This document shows, one piece after another, positions 39,116-52,009 of a DNA stretch of 64,000 nt (its first letter is position 1; the number at the start of each line of letters is the position of its first letter). The position numbers and the translations under genes are program-made. The DNA lies in the NCBI RefSeq assembly GCF_018977255.1, contig NW_024704742.1:39186001-39250000 (forward strand). Direction: 5' to 3'. The DNA is from Callorhinchus milii (taxonomy: Eukaryota). The notes beneath the pieces are model-generated. The model worked only from the letters and a program-made list of their open reading frames with translations. It had not been told where the DNA came from and made no database searches.

Positions 39116-39420
39116 ACAACAATAACAAAATTAAATTTGTATTGCGCCTTTCACGTCGGGAGGACATCCCAAGGCGCTGGACAGACATAGTTTTGGGCCC
39201 AAGCTGGGAGTTGGAAGCGGGAAGAGGGGAGTGCAGGGGGGTAAGCAGGGAGATCGAAAGCACGGTCAAAGAGGAGGGTCTTGAGATGGGTCTTGAAGGA
39301 GACAAGGGAGGGAGCGAGGTGGAGGGATTGCGAGATGGAGTTCCAGAGAGTGGGAGCAGAGTGGCAGAAGGTTCGCCCACCAATAGTGGGGCGAGCAAGG
39401 TGGGGGGCTTAACATCTGAA
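39116..39420 (-). mobile_element. L2 3' end
   Basis: Same tail and purine-rich body as 4917-5509. Confidence 0.8.
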
Positions 39421-40741
39421 GGATGAGAGTGTTTCTTCATTACGTGTCTCAACAATATTAAGATTAAGTAGCTGTTTATCAGAAATTGCACCATTCTCCA
39501 GGTAAACAAACACAATTACAGCTACACAATGCCTGAAAGTGTAAAACCAATTTTGAATGAGGCAGGAATGTTAAATCGTAGTTCATATAATATCCACTAG
39601 ATGGACTAAGTGATTATTGTTTTTACACTACAATATATTTCATAACTGCAATTGTTTAAAAAGTGCAATCGTATATATGTAATGGCCATACATTAGATAG
39701 TTGGTGTTGAATGGAAAGTGCAACACTGACAGCAACAGGAATTTGGCCTTTCAAATCTACCTGCTTTGCAATTAAGTCAATTCAAATTCTCCACCTTTTC
39801 TACATAATCTACATAAAATTCTTAATCAGTATTTATTGCTCTCATTCTTCAATCGATTATGTACAACCTTCTGAGACAATCCTTCACTTATATTCAAGAC
39901 TGCTTTGTATAAAGAACTTTTTGTAGCTCCCCTTTCACCAGTTTATCTCTCATTTTGAAATGATGTCCTCTTCTAGATTCTCCAACTTGAGTGATGGGTT
40001 GTTCATTATTTAAACTGAAGTTGAATCTACTTGTTTCAGTTGGATATTACAAATGACACTGGAGTGCACTTAGCAATACTGGGCAATACTTCCTAAACAC
40101 ATTTGCATATCTGTTTTCCATGAATTAATCCAGCCCAATTTAATCCAGGCCAACTGCAAATTGTTCTTGTTCTTGATGAGTTCTCAGGATAAAGGGATTA
40201 CAGATGGATCAATCTGGTAGGTTCTAAGGTATATTGGTTGGTAATAGATCAGGAATGGACTAATAATACTGTCATACTAAGTTTAACCACAAATTGGGCA
40301 GTTCAATGAACTTTGAGGTGCAAAGCAGGCGAACAAACATAATGACTATGAATTTCATGGTAAGACACAGAAAAGATTAGATAACTATTAGCAGGATGTA
40401 TAATAAGAAGAGAGCTTTATGACAGATCAAGACAGGTCACAGAATGGTGTGGGACATGCGACAACAACTTGCATTTGTATAGCGCCTCTCATGCAGGGTA
40501 GATCCCAGAGCCTCATCATGCTACATGATGAATACAACAATGTGTTGACCATGTTTATGGCTCTGCACTCAAATTTGGAAGATCAAACTTTAAAAGAGAC
40601 ATTCAAGCTTGTAGAAATTTCAGAGGAGAACAAAAGATGAATCCATGACCAAGTTATGAAAATAGACTTAAGGAGATGAAATGTTTTGATTCACAAAAAA
40701 AATCAAGGGGAAGATATGATCTGGATCTTTAATATTCGATA

Positions 40742-41182
40742 ACAATAATAATATTTGCATTTGGTAGTTAGTGCCTTTTATATTGGCAGGTGATCTCAAA
40801 GCACTTCACATGATTTGCTGTGAAATGGAATGACTCCATTTGTAGGCGAGCATGGCGGTTTAGTTGCATATGTTGACAAATCCAGCAGCAATATCCGACC
40901 AATAGCCATGAAACAAATGGGGATTGGTGGCCAGGACATCGGAAGAAATTCCCTTCTCCTTTCGAGTAGTGCCATGGGATCTTAAATGTCCACCCTAACA
41001 GGGAGACAGGACCTTGATTTAATACAGTGGTGCATTAAACCTTTTTGGCTGGCCAACAAAATAATCATAGAAATAACAAAATAGCATAAATGTATGCCAT
41101 ATCAAGAAATATTCAAACAAGAAACATTCATTTTATTGGTCAACCAAAGAGGTTGGCCATCACTGATTTAACATCTCATCCA
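40742..41182 (-). mobile_element. Ancient Deu-domain SINE fragment
   Basis: agtgccatgggatcttaaatgtccacc...tttaacatctcatcc core. Related relics occur at about 51040-51360, 7190-7300 and 60900-61100. Confidence 0.65.
41025..41165. mobile_element. 141-bp hAT-type MITE nested in an ancient SINE
   Basis: About 36-bp imperfect TIRs (cagtggtg...cctttttggctggccaacaaaat / attttattggtcaaccaaagagg...catcactg); 8-bp TSD atttaata/atttaaca. Confidence 0.8.
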
Positions 41183-42924
41183 ACAGAAACATAGAGAGGG
41201 ATAGGTATGGAAGATGTAAGAGAATACTATATTAACTTAAACAATAAGAGCAGAACTAAAGCAGAACATATGTTTAAAATTAAAATGCTTCATCATTATA
41301 AACCCTAAGGTTGAGGATCATTGTGTTGATATTTCTCCAAGAAGAAAGTATCATTGCGTATAAATAAGAACGAGGCAGAAAGTGAATGAAAAAAGTAATC
41401 CATTAAAATATTATGGGAGTCCTGAACAAACCAACAATATAGCTATGTGATGGTGTGGTGATCTGCTTTCTAACTGAAATTGTAAATATATGTTAAACTG
41501 TGTAGGCAAAAGTACTGTTTAAATTAATGGTTAGCAATGCTTATGTTGGCTAGAAAAATGTCAACGATGACTTGTTTATTGTAGCTGAAGGTTGTTGAAG
41601 ATGTTTTTCTATAAAACAATTCTGCAATTTTATCAGATTGTAGCCTTAGTGCTCTCTGTGGGATAATTGCTTCAAGGACATGAGAATGGGAGGATTTTGC
41701 ATTCCCATCCTGACTGTGGAAAATCGATTATAAAAGATGTATGGCTGAACTATATTTTGTTCAGCTCAAGGCAATGCATATCAAGTGCTGGCCACACAAG
41801 AGCCTCATGTTTGATCTGAGGTGGAGAAGCAAGTGTGTTGTCTTCATAGTAAAATGCTGTCAGACTTGGACCGTTCCATCATTTCATTACCTTTTTTTGA
41901 CTCCAACAATCTCAGGAAGAAGGAAAACTAACCAAGGCTGGAAGCATTGGAAAGCAACAGGAGAAGAAGAATAACTATGTATAACAACTGCAAAGTAATT
42001 AACACAGCTCAGCTTACACAAATGAAGATTCAACTTTGACTTCATAATCAATGAATCCAAGCAAGAGGTTTCTGGTCTGAAGCAAGAGACTTTTTGGCTG
42101 CTGCAAGACTTTTGCCTGTTGTTTGTGAATTTACCAGGTGAAGGTCACAATCCATGGGCCGAACTCAAGGACCCAGGTTCTCTGATGTTGCTATTGAGAA
42201 AAGCCACAGGAGTCTGCCTTTAATTTATTCAATGGGGTAAATATCATACAAACTGCAAACTTCACCCCAATGTTTCTTTCAAGTAATTTAAAGAAAATCA
42301 GAATTTATTAATGCATGTAACATGTGCTCAATGTCAAATGCTGCATTGGGTCTTAGTACCTCAGAGAATAGAGTTGAAGATTTTTCTGATTTTTGGATCC
42401 TTCTACAGTCTCTTCCCACCCAGCTAAGGTCTACCGTCTAATTACATTCTAATTTCCATTCTTCAGACTCTATTCTATTGTTTGCTCCCCACTTCCTTAG
42501 TTTCACCATCAGTGGCCGAGGCTTCAGCCTCCATGCCCTTATCCCCTTCCAAAGCCACTTTGCTTTGTCATCTTTCTCCCTGCCTTCAAAAACCTCTGAA
42601 AATCATTTTCTACCATGCTTTTGGTGAACATCTTTAAATTACGTATTTCCTTGATTGTTGTCTACCAGTCAATTTATCAATTACTTTGAGATATTATTTG
42701 ACATGAGAATTGCTTTTATTGATTTTTTTCAACTTCATTAATTAATATATGATAAAAGCAACAACGACAACTTGCATTTTTATAGTGCCCTTCACATGGA
42801 GTAGTATCCTGGAGCGCTTCAAAAAGTAAATGCTAAGAGACATTAATGAAATTGAAAATGCATTCATATATCTGGTTTACAACCTGAGCAATTAGATGTT
42901 AAACCTGACAAATGAAATAAATCA

Positions 42925-43290
42925 TGCTGGGTAGCGTCCCAGAGCATTTAACAGTGGCGGAGTCTGACGCAGAGCCAGAGGGAGAGGGAGGTGATTGTAA
43001 GCATGATCAAAAAGGATGGTCTTTAGGCGGGATTTGAAAGTGGAGAGGTGGGGGCAAGGTAGAGAGATTGGGGAAATGGTTCCAGAGCTTCAGGGCATAG
43101 TGACTGAAAGCACGGCTGGTCATGATGGAGTGGAGGGAGCGAGGAACGAACAGGAGGCTGGAGCCGGCCGAGTGGAAGCAGCGGGTGGTGGAGAGTGCGA
43201 GGGCATTAAGGTATTTGAAAACGAGAGAAAGGATGTTAAAGTCGATTCGGTGGGAAGTTGGGAGCCAATGCAGCCTGGCAAGGACTGGTG
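42925..43290 (-). mobile_element. L2 3' fragment
   Basis: Similar to the L2 insert at 35004-35472. Confidence 0.75.
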
Positions 43291-43459
43291 TGAATAGTAT
43301 TCCCTAGAACTGAGTAAGTTTCAGGATAATATAACTAAGGTTTTAAAATAATTGAAGAGCTGAGATATTTAAGAGGCATAGAGATTAATATTTGAGAAGA
43401 AGAGGTATTATGGAATATGGAGAAAAAAAGTGGAATAACATTAGAAAAATAGGGACATG

Positions 43460-45260
43460 CTTCCTTCTCCACCGCTCCCTCTACTCCAACTACCGCTCCC
43501 CACCCCCGTGTCCCCTTCCTTCTATTGCTCCATCTTGTACACTTCATTCCCATTTCTCCCTTGTCTTTTTTCCACTCTCATCACCTACATGAATGCCATT
43601 ACCTGCTCCACTCCCCACCCATTTGCTGACTGTTAATGGTTGCCCCTCCTCTGTCCCTTGCTTGCAGACATTATCAACTTTTTCTTGAGTTCAGGTGTTA
43701 TCATAACAGACGAAAAGAAAGAAAATTTAAAAAGAACATTTTCCGATGTATCTTCAACCTGCACTTCCTATCCCCTATCCAGAATCCTTGACCATATGAT
43801 TGCCACTCTACTTTGCTCTCCAACTTTCCCTTCATTCCCTGCTTGTGCTCCTCCACTCCCATTTCCAACCTGTCACCGCATCAAGACAACCCTTGTAAAA
43901 GTTACAAATAGCGTATTCTCTATCCTTGGCCCCGCGTTTTCCAAATGTAACGGTTATCTCTATCATCCCCTTAGCATCGTTCACAAAAGTGAGATTAGTT
44001 TCTATATGAGGATGACACTCAAATCTACTTCCCTATTTCTACCCTTGATTCCAGGTCCAACTGTTCCAGCTGTCAGTCACGTAAGAGTTTCAGACAGAGA
44101 TGACCAATACAGTTGTGTAGTAATCCAAAGTTTATTAAGTAATACAAATAGCCTAACTTATTCTTAAAACTGAGACAATAGATACAGTAAAATCAATATT
44201 GATTCCACTGGGAAGTGGGCTGACCCTCTACAAAAACTTTAACAAAGTTACATCTTTCTTAGAAGAGGAAAATATGAAATGATGCAGTGCACAACCTTAG
44301 CATTTGGTTTAATCCTCACCTCTCTTCTTCCTAATATCTGGTCCCCTGACAAAGACCACTATTCTGCATCTTTGCTACATCAACTGCCTCCATCTCTGTC
44401 TCATATCTCTTTCTCAATGTTGCCGAAACCCTCATTAATGCCTATCACCTCCAGATTTTACATCTTTCTTTTATGTATTTCTAACTCCGCCTCCCCTTGT
44501 CACAGAGATAGCCCCCACTCTTCACAAGCCGCTAGCAATCTTGAGCAGGCTCTTTTCCCATTCTGCAGCCTGCTTCTAAGTCTTGAGATAAGCAGATGTT
44601 TAAATTTCAGATGGGCGAACATCTTCCCAGGAAAATATGAAATGATGCAGTGCACAACCCTAGCATTTGGTTTAATCCTCACCTCTCTTCTTCCTAATAC
44701 CTGGTCCTCTGACAAAGACCACTGTTCTGCATCTTTGCTACATCAACTGCCTCCATCTCTGTCTCATATCTCTTTCTCAATGTTGCCGAAACCCTCATTA
44801 ATGCCTCTCACCTCCAGATTTGACTTTTCAAATTCTAACCTCCCAGCTCCACCATCAGAAGTTCCAGCTCATTCAAAACATCTTCCTATTTCACCCACCC
44901 ATCACTCCCAACCACCATCCTTACCAGACTCCACTGTCTCCCAAGAATTGATTTCAAAATACCTTAATACATGTACTGCCCTATTTCTGTGATCTTCTCC
45001 AACATCACTCTTCTGATTACCCTGCACTTGTTAAACTTGGATCTGCTACATGCGCATTATCCTCTCTGCCTCACCAATGGCAGCTGAGCATTCAGTCACC
45101 AAATCCCATCCTCTGGAATTCCCTTCCTCTACACCTCCATCTCCCCCTCTCTATCTTTATTTAAAAAAATTAGAAACCTACTTTTTCAACTACTTATGAT
45201 TACATTTCTCCTAAAGCATTCTAAGATGTAGTCTGCATGAAAGATATAAGTTGTTGTTGT
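43460..45260 (+). mobile_element. Very decayed L2 with an internal insertion and duplication
   Basis: PLLADIINFFLSSG and IKTTLVKVTN motifs, a tcacctccagatttgac segment and a (TTG)n tail at about 45250. Confidence 0.6.
44266..44821 (+). repeat. 193-bp direct repeat (44266-44458 and 44629-44821)
   Basis: The two copies differ at 5 positions by eye; the repeat is visible as the repeated peptide in ORF 44279-44992. Confidence 0.93.
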
Positions 45261-48200
45261 TTTAATCTTATGCTTTTTGAATTTATACTCATTAGGTAGT
45301 TTATTTCACAGCTAACCTTATTTGAAAGTATCTTTTTCTTTACCATTAATTATCTGTTATGGTCAGAGATTGCATGTAACAAGTTGATTTTTAATAAGAA
45401 TTATCGACTGGGACTGATTACGTATCGTGAGTTGTTATGATAATGGATTAATGACTGTTTTCATTAGTTGGTAGCAAACTTGTTTATAATTACACAGAAA
45501 TTGCGTGAGACCATCTGCCACTTTTGATGTATTATTCAGCCATGAAATAATGAAGTGCAGTCTTCCACAAACTCAACAGATACATTTTGTAGAACTATTG
45601 TCACTATAGTTTACGCTGTGTAATTCTATGATTTTCCCAGTTTGTAAAGATATATTTTGTAGATCAACTTGAACAAACAGAACATTCAAGATCTATTAGC
45701 ATTCTTTAATATCTATTTGTTCAAAACACTGTAGATACTTGTGTTGAAAGAGGGAAACACCTTGGGGATTTGGTACAACAATAAAAACATTGTTTTAATT
45801 GGTGCACCAATTAATTGTGGAGTAATTAGCTCTAAGATGGTTTACAAAATAAAAACATTCAATATTGACAAGAAACAATTTCAAATACCAAATGTTGCGT
45901 TTTAGATGGCTAATATTTTACTACTTTTAAAATTCTTGGGATAATATTGCACAATTATTATATATTCACCCCCTTCTGCTACTTCACCTGCCTCCAACAC
46001 TATCTCTTTCCCCAGCTTGCTAAGATCCTGATCCATGCCTTCATCAAATCCAGGCTTGATTCTTACAATACTCTGCTTGCTATACTCCCAAGCTCTTCCC
46101 TATCAAAATTGCAGACTATTCAGATTGCTGCAGCTCATGTCCTCTTCTGCACCAGTCCCTGTGAGCCCATTTGCTCCATCGTAGATCAGGTTCACATGCT
46201 TAAGAGTATCCAAACCAAACTGACAGTTTGATGCATCCCGCCTACACATGGAAATTCCCCAAATATTTATTGGAAGAGAATGTGCGCTCTCTAGCTGGAT
46301 GGACTCATCCTGCTTAGCCCTCCCTCTTTGCAACTGTTTCCCATGTTTGCCACAAATCCATCAGGTCTAACTGCAGAGAAAAACGCAAAGCTGAAATACA
46401 TTTTACATCATAACTCACGAACGATAGGAGATACCCAAAAACAAATATGTCCATATCACTCCCAGAGGCAGGAGCTTTCCGTTGAGGTGTAAATCATGTC
46501 TCTGCATCAATGGGTTATTGAGCTCCTTCTTGAAGCGCAGACAGACAGACAGACAGACAAACATTGTCATGTTATTAGTATATACGTAATATATCATATT
46601 ATATATATATACATATGGTTCTTTAGAACAGCATATGCTATACTATGCATTGCATTTGCTAGCATGGCAAAGATAATTTCTAGGTAAAGTTGTTTCCTCT
46701 TCCTAACTTGTAACTATTGACTTCTTACTTATTATTTTGTGTTCACTGGCCTGACCTAGTAAATTGATACCTTTGTGAGAATGGGGTAATATTTTCCATA
46801 CCTCTATAAGATACTCTCTCAGGAGTTTCTTTTCAAGAATGAAATTTCCTCACTTGTCTAACTATTACTTATAGTTCATTACTTTAACTTTGAGGATCAT
46901 CCTCAATGCTCTCCTCTGTACTGTCTCCAGGCCTGGGAAGTTCCCTTATGTTGGGGTGACCAGAACTGTATGCAGTATTTCAGGTGTAGCCTGACCGGAG
47001 ACACTTTGGGTAATTTCCCATTTTCTTTTCTAAGATGCATTCTCATCTGCTATACAACTGAGGAAAAAAATACATTTAGCTTTCTTAATAGCAATCAATT
47101 TGGGTAATTTCTTCCTGTAGCTGATCTACAACTCATTAGGAAAGATACAATACAAATTGACATTAATATAGCACTTTTCATGTCAAGTGGATGTTCCCAA
47201 GGACTGAGCAGTTCAGATTTTGCACCTGAGCTGGGTGTGGGGGTTGAGGGGGTGGGGTGCAAAGGGGGAAAGATGGCCAAAGATCACGATCAAAGAGGAA
47301 GGTCTTGAGGCTGACCTTGAAGGAGGTGAAGGAAGAGGGAAGATGAAGGGTAAAGGTTGGAGTATCTATGAAGTTTCTATGATCATAGAATCATAGAAAT
47401 TTACAGTGCAGGCGGAGGCCATTTGGCCCAATGTGTTTGCACCAACTCTCAGAGCAAGCATTCAGTCCCAATGTTCTGTCTTATCCCCATACCCCTTCAA
47501 ACCTCTATCTTTTATATACCTGTCCACTTCCCTCTTGAAACTCAAAATGGACAGTCAAACCCATGATGGATGCTGTGGTTGTTCCATAGTATAAACCAAT
47601 ACATTTAAACAAGTCCTAATACTGAGGAAATCTTCTGCCTCTTGAGATATTTTATGATGTTTATCAGATTTTAATAAATATAGTTTGCAGGAAAATGACC
47701 ACTGCTAGCACGGCAAAGAGAATTTCTAGGTAAAGTTGCTTTTCTATACACAGATTTATAGTTTCTCCAAACTTGTATGTTTCTACCATCTTGCAGAACC
47801 ATGATAAAAGGTATGACATGATTCCCTTCGGAACCAATTTATTTCATTTTTATTGACTGCCTCTCTCAAGCAGCAAATCTTGACTTACCTCGGCTACTTT
47901 GGTTTTCTAAGCAACACTGCAAAATATCAAAATATTTTTTCTTCCACCTAGTGAATATTGTTATTATCAATTACATTAAAAAACTTGATGAAAAACTTAT
48001 CCAATCTTCAACATATTCAATGAGATAGCAACCGATAGCAACCGAAGAAAAACATGATTAATTAGCAGTTGTCACTTTGCTTATAAAAATCCCCCACTCA
48101 GGCACATATATGAAAGATATGTTCCATTTGTTGTTAGAAGTCTAAATTGGGAGTCTTAAATGTCAAACTACAAAGAAAACGGTACATTTTATGAGATTCT

Positions 48201-50303
48201 TCTCATTGTGCACCTTAATGATGAAGAGAATCTTCACTTCACAATAATACCTAGCCATGGACAACTTTAGATGTGCCAAATCATAAATGTTTGATGTATT
48301 ATATTAATAGACTAACTTGTAGTGAAGTGTATTGCTACTTCTATTATCATAAAAATGGAAACACAATAATTCTTTAATACAAGACAATGCATGTCAGTCA
48401 ATTTAAAGGTTAAGAGTAACATAAATTGTGCCTTAAAGTACAGAATGTAATTACTGACAAAACCAAGTAATTTTATTGTGAATATTCTCATTGGAGGAAA
48501 GTTTATAAGTTATTTATAATATGATCCATTTTCTACACAATCTGTCAAGTGAATTGCACAAAAAGCAAATCAAAGCTACATATAACTAAACAAGTTAATG
48601 GATTTGATAGCTCTGCTTGTATTGAACTGATTCATAAAATACATAGTAAATAATAGTTTAGACAAGGAGATGGCTTTGCATTCTTCAGAATAACAATATT
48701 CATATTTTAGAAATCCACATTACAGTATATACAGCCTATATACAGCATATATCCAAATACATAAATATATTCATCCATAATATATTGTATAATTTGTGAT
48801 ACTTTTCCTTTGGATCATTTAGTAATCATTGCAATATTTTAATATAATAAAAATAACTTATAGGCTTCTATAATCATATTTCTACCAAACATATTTATTA
48901 AACTATCCTAAAATGTAGACTCCATCCTGTGAATTGTAACATATGTTACAGTCTACTCAGGAAATGCTTCAAGTAACTTTTGTTAGTATTTTGAACTTCA
49001 CAAAATTAACTTCATAAATATAACACATTGTATATTTAACAAATTGAATTAGAATATCTAGAACTTATACATGTAATATTTTGTATGTCAAATAGTTTTC
49101 TTTCAACTTCAGTTGAAAGGTGATTTTCTCAGAATATATGTAATGTGCAAATTCACATGAGCTGAGTCCTTTGTATTCAACAGTGAGAAAAAATCAATGA
49201 ACCAACAATGTAAATAATAGAAAGAAAATACATGCAAACAGAAACAAGTAGTGGAAATACAATGACAAATAGAAATAGACAGAAAATAGACAACAATGAT
49301 TAAAAAGAAAGTGGTTACAATACAAAAATACAATACAAGAAGCATCAGCGGAAAATAGGCAATGATCTTCAGGTCAAGGAAATGTGTGAAACTTTACAGC
49401 TGTATATAATTAAAAGTCAAATGTAACATTCTTGATGCATATTAGTGATTAGTGTTAGCATAAAACAGTTTTGAGAATCTGACATAACTGTTTGGTAAAA
49501 GATAGAAGGAAGCCAACCTATGAGTATAATGATGTTGTAAGTTCTGAACTGGTCTTTTTTTAAAAATGTTTTGGACCTCTGAAATCAACTTCAGTATCTG
49601 AACCATGGAAGATTGATACATTTAATAACATGACATTAGAGTGATGATAATAATTTGCATTTATATAGCAGCATAAATAACGTCTCAATCCACTAAAAAT
49701 GCCTTGATATGCAAAGTTCATTTCCAGCAGGAAGCGACATGTGCATCAATCCAACCCTTGCCCTTCAGGTGTTCTCTGATTTGATAACACCTGAGGGTCA
49801 AGTTCTTGAGAGTTACCATCATATATATGATGTGCAATTACAAAATAATATTCTACCGCGATAACACTTCATTTGAAGGTAAAATTAGACTCACAAGCAA
49901 AATGCACAACAATCTACTTCAATGCTTCAACTCTAATGTATCTAAGTTCATAATACAAGCTTTTTTTAAAAATCAAATACTGAAATAAATCAATATTTAC
50001 AATCAGACTGTCTAAATGCCATGAAATCAATTTAAAAAAAAGTCAAACTCAAGAGTTAGTAAAGGGGTATATTTCAAAGTTTAAAGCACTGGTGGTGGTA
50101 AGTGCCCCAACTTAAAGTCCCCTTTAACTACGATACCCAGTGCCAATTACTGTAGGAGCAGTTTTTTTATTATTTTAGATTTCCTGCATCTTTACCATGT
50201 AATAGTCTTATATTGGATTGTTGGATCACCTATTAAAAATAAAGCAACTACCGCAACGTGTCCATGACCGAGTGACAGTAAGTACTATGTGCGGTTGATA
50301 AGA

Positions 50304-50510
50304 TCACACACATAATCTGAGGATGTCGGAATCCCAGTTGAGTTCGCAGGAAGGATGGAAAGTAGACGGCAGTTTCCTGGAATCCAATGTCTGTAGGAAT
50401 CCGAGTCTATAGGAACACTGTAACGAGGAGAATGCTATGAACTGTCCATACACTGAGGTGTCCCTCCTCGTTGCACCAACTGAAGTAAATGCTGATATTT
50501 CCTGCTCCAT
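50304..50510 (-). CDS. Candidate 68-aa small ORF (MEQEISAFTSVGATRR...CELNWDSDILRLCV), unknown product
   Basis: ATG in strong context (gcaATGG), in non-repetitive CpG-retaining sequence followed by a long UTR-like tract. No family recognised. Confidence 0.25.
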   Translation of the reverse strand: MEQEISAFTSVGATRRDTSVYGQFIAFSSLQCSYRLGFLQTLDSRKLPSTFHPSCELNWDSDILRLCV

Positions 50511-52009
50511 TGCAAAATGGTATAGTTGCAAATAATACTGTGTTACTCAACTAAGTAGGTTGTGGAATTAAGCGACTGAAATGGGCACCGGTCACCTCCC
50601 TGACCGGCAGCAACACCTCTGGTTAAAGCTGCGCATTCCGCAGGGCGGCGATGTCAACATCTTCAGCAAAGGAGAGCAATGCGGATTATGACTGGGAATG
50701 AATTTTTTTCAAAAAAAATAAAATCAAGTAGCGGTTCTCACTTTACTTTTAACATTGTAAGTCTAGAACCGCGGTCCAGAAGTTTGTGATGACTGAGCAT
50801 GAGGTGAAGGGTGGTGTGGGGTACAAAGAGGCGTAGATCCCGATTGATGGGGTTCAGATAACTGGATCAAAGCGACATTGGCTCATCGCGGGGCAACACC
50901 TCATATTCAATTAGATTGACATATTGGCAGTGATCAAGTGTCCAATAGTATATATATATATATATTTGAACCCTTTCCAAGTCAAAACTGCCTGTCAGCT
51001 AAACTGCTAAAGAAATTGTTTGGATTTTTACATCACGTTCCTGGGTGGAACCACCTGGACATGTTGTACAGCAATTATCACGAAGTGTCATAAACTGTTT
51101 AAAGGCGAACACTATAACCATTTTGCCCACAGCCAAATCCCACAGAATTAATTAATCCGGAGGATCGAGACCAGGGGAGAAATTCCCTTCTCGTCTTCAA
51201 GTGCCATGGATCTTGTGACATCCACCTGAAAGATAACACCTCTGACAATGTAACACCCCCCCCAGCATTTGCACTGGGAGGATCGGTTTAATAATCTTAT
51301 GAGAGTCAAGTTTCAATATAAAGTCTGACTCAGAAGCTACTGAATGAATCAAACTGAGACATCCCCTAATGAAATTCGGTAATGTACGTTCCACGAGTTC
51401 AATTTTAAGAACAACCTTGAGCATCTAACACTGTGTTTGGTAATATTACACTTAACTCTGTTCTTTCAATTTATACTGAACATGTAGTTGATAACTCATG
51501 GGGGGGAAAAAAATTGTTCCAATATTACTTTCGTTTGATCACACTTCCCTTGTTTTTTTTTCCCTTTAACTCATATTATTTTCCATGTCATTGATAGCTC
51601 AGCGAAACACCAAGGCGATGCTTCATTGATACTTGGAATCAAAACTCAGACCACCTATCGAATAGGATTTGATGAAAACCAAAAGTGTGATCTGTTGATT
51701 TTTTGGGGGGATGACCTTCGCCTCTAACTCACCTTAGCATTACGTGGCATTTCTTAATGAGTTTGCACTCGTCAGCTCTGAAATGACTACATCCTTAAAT
51801 GAAATAAAGCTTAGATCTTAAACCTATTAATTTGCTGTCACCGTGAAAGGAAAGAGAGAGAACTGATGTGACCCAATCTCAAGCCTACAGTGCAGTTTAT
51901 TTTTTTCCCAGGGCATTTTCTCTCTTTTTTTTTTGACCCCCCCCCCCACCCCCCAACCCCAAGTTGTTGACCCTGTTAAACCCTGTGAATGTAAATTGAC
52001 TCAGTTCTC

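Noticed and set aside
44279..44992. 237-aa ORF with an internal repeat
   Set aside because: It arises from a DNA duplication within decayed L2/LTR-like sequence and shows no gene structure.
47830..50300. MALAT1/NEAT1-type triple helix with mascRNA, or a SECIS element
   Set aside because: No paired U-rich motifs with an A-rich tract and tRNA-like fold were found, and no SECIS core was found.
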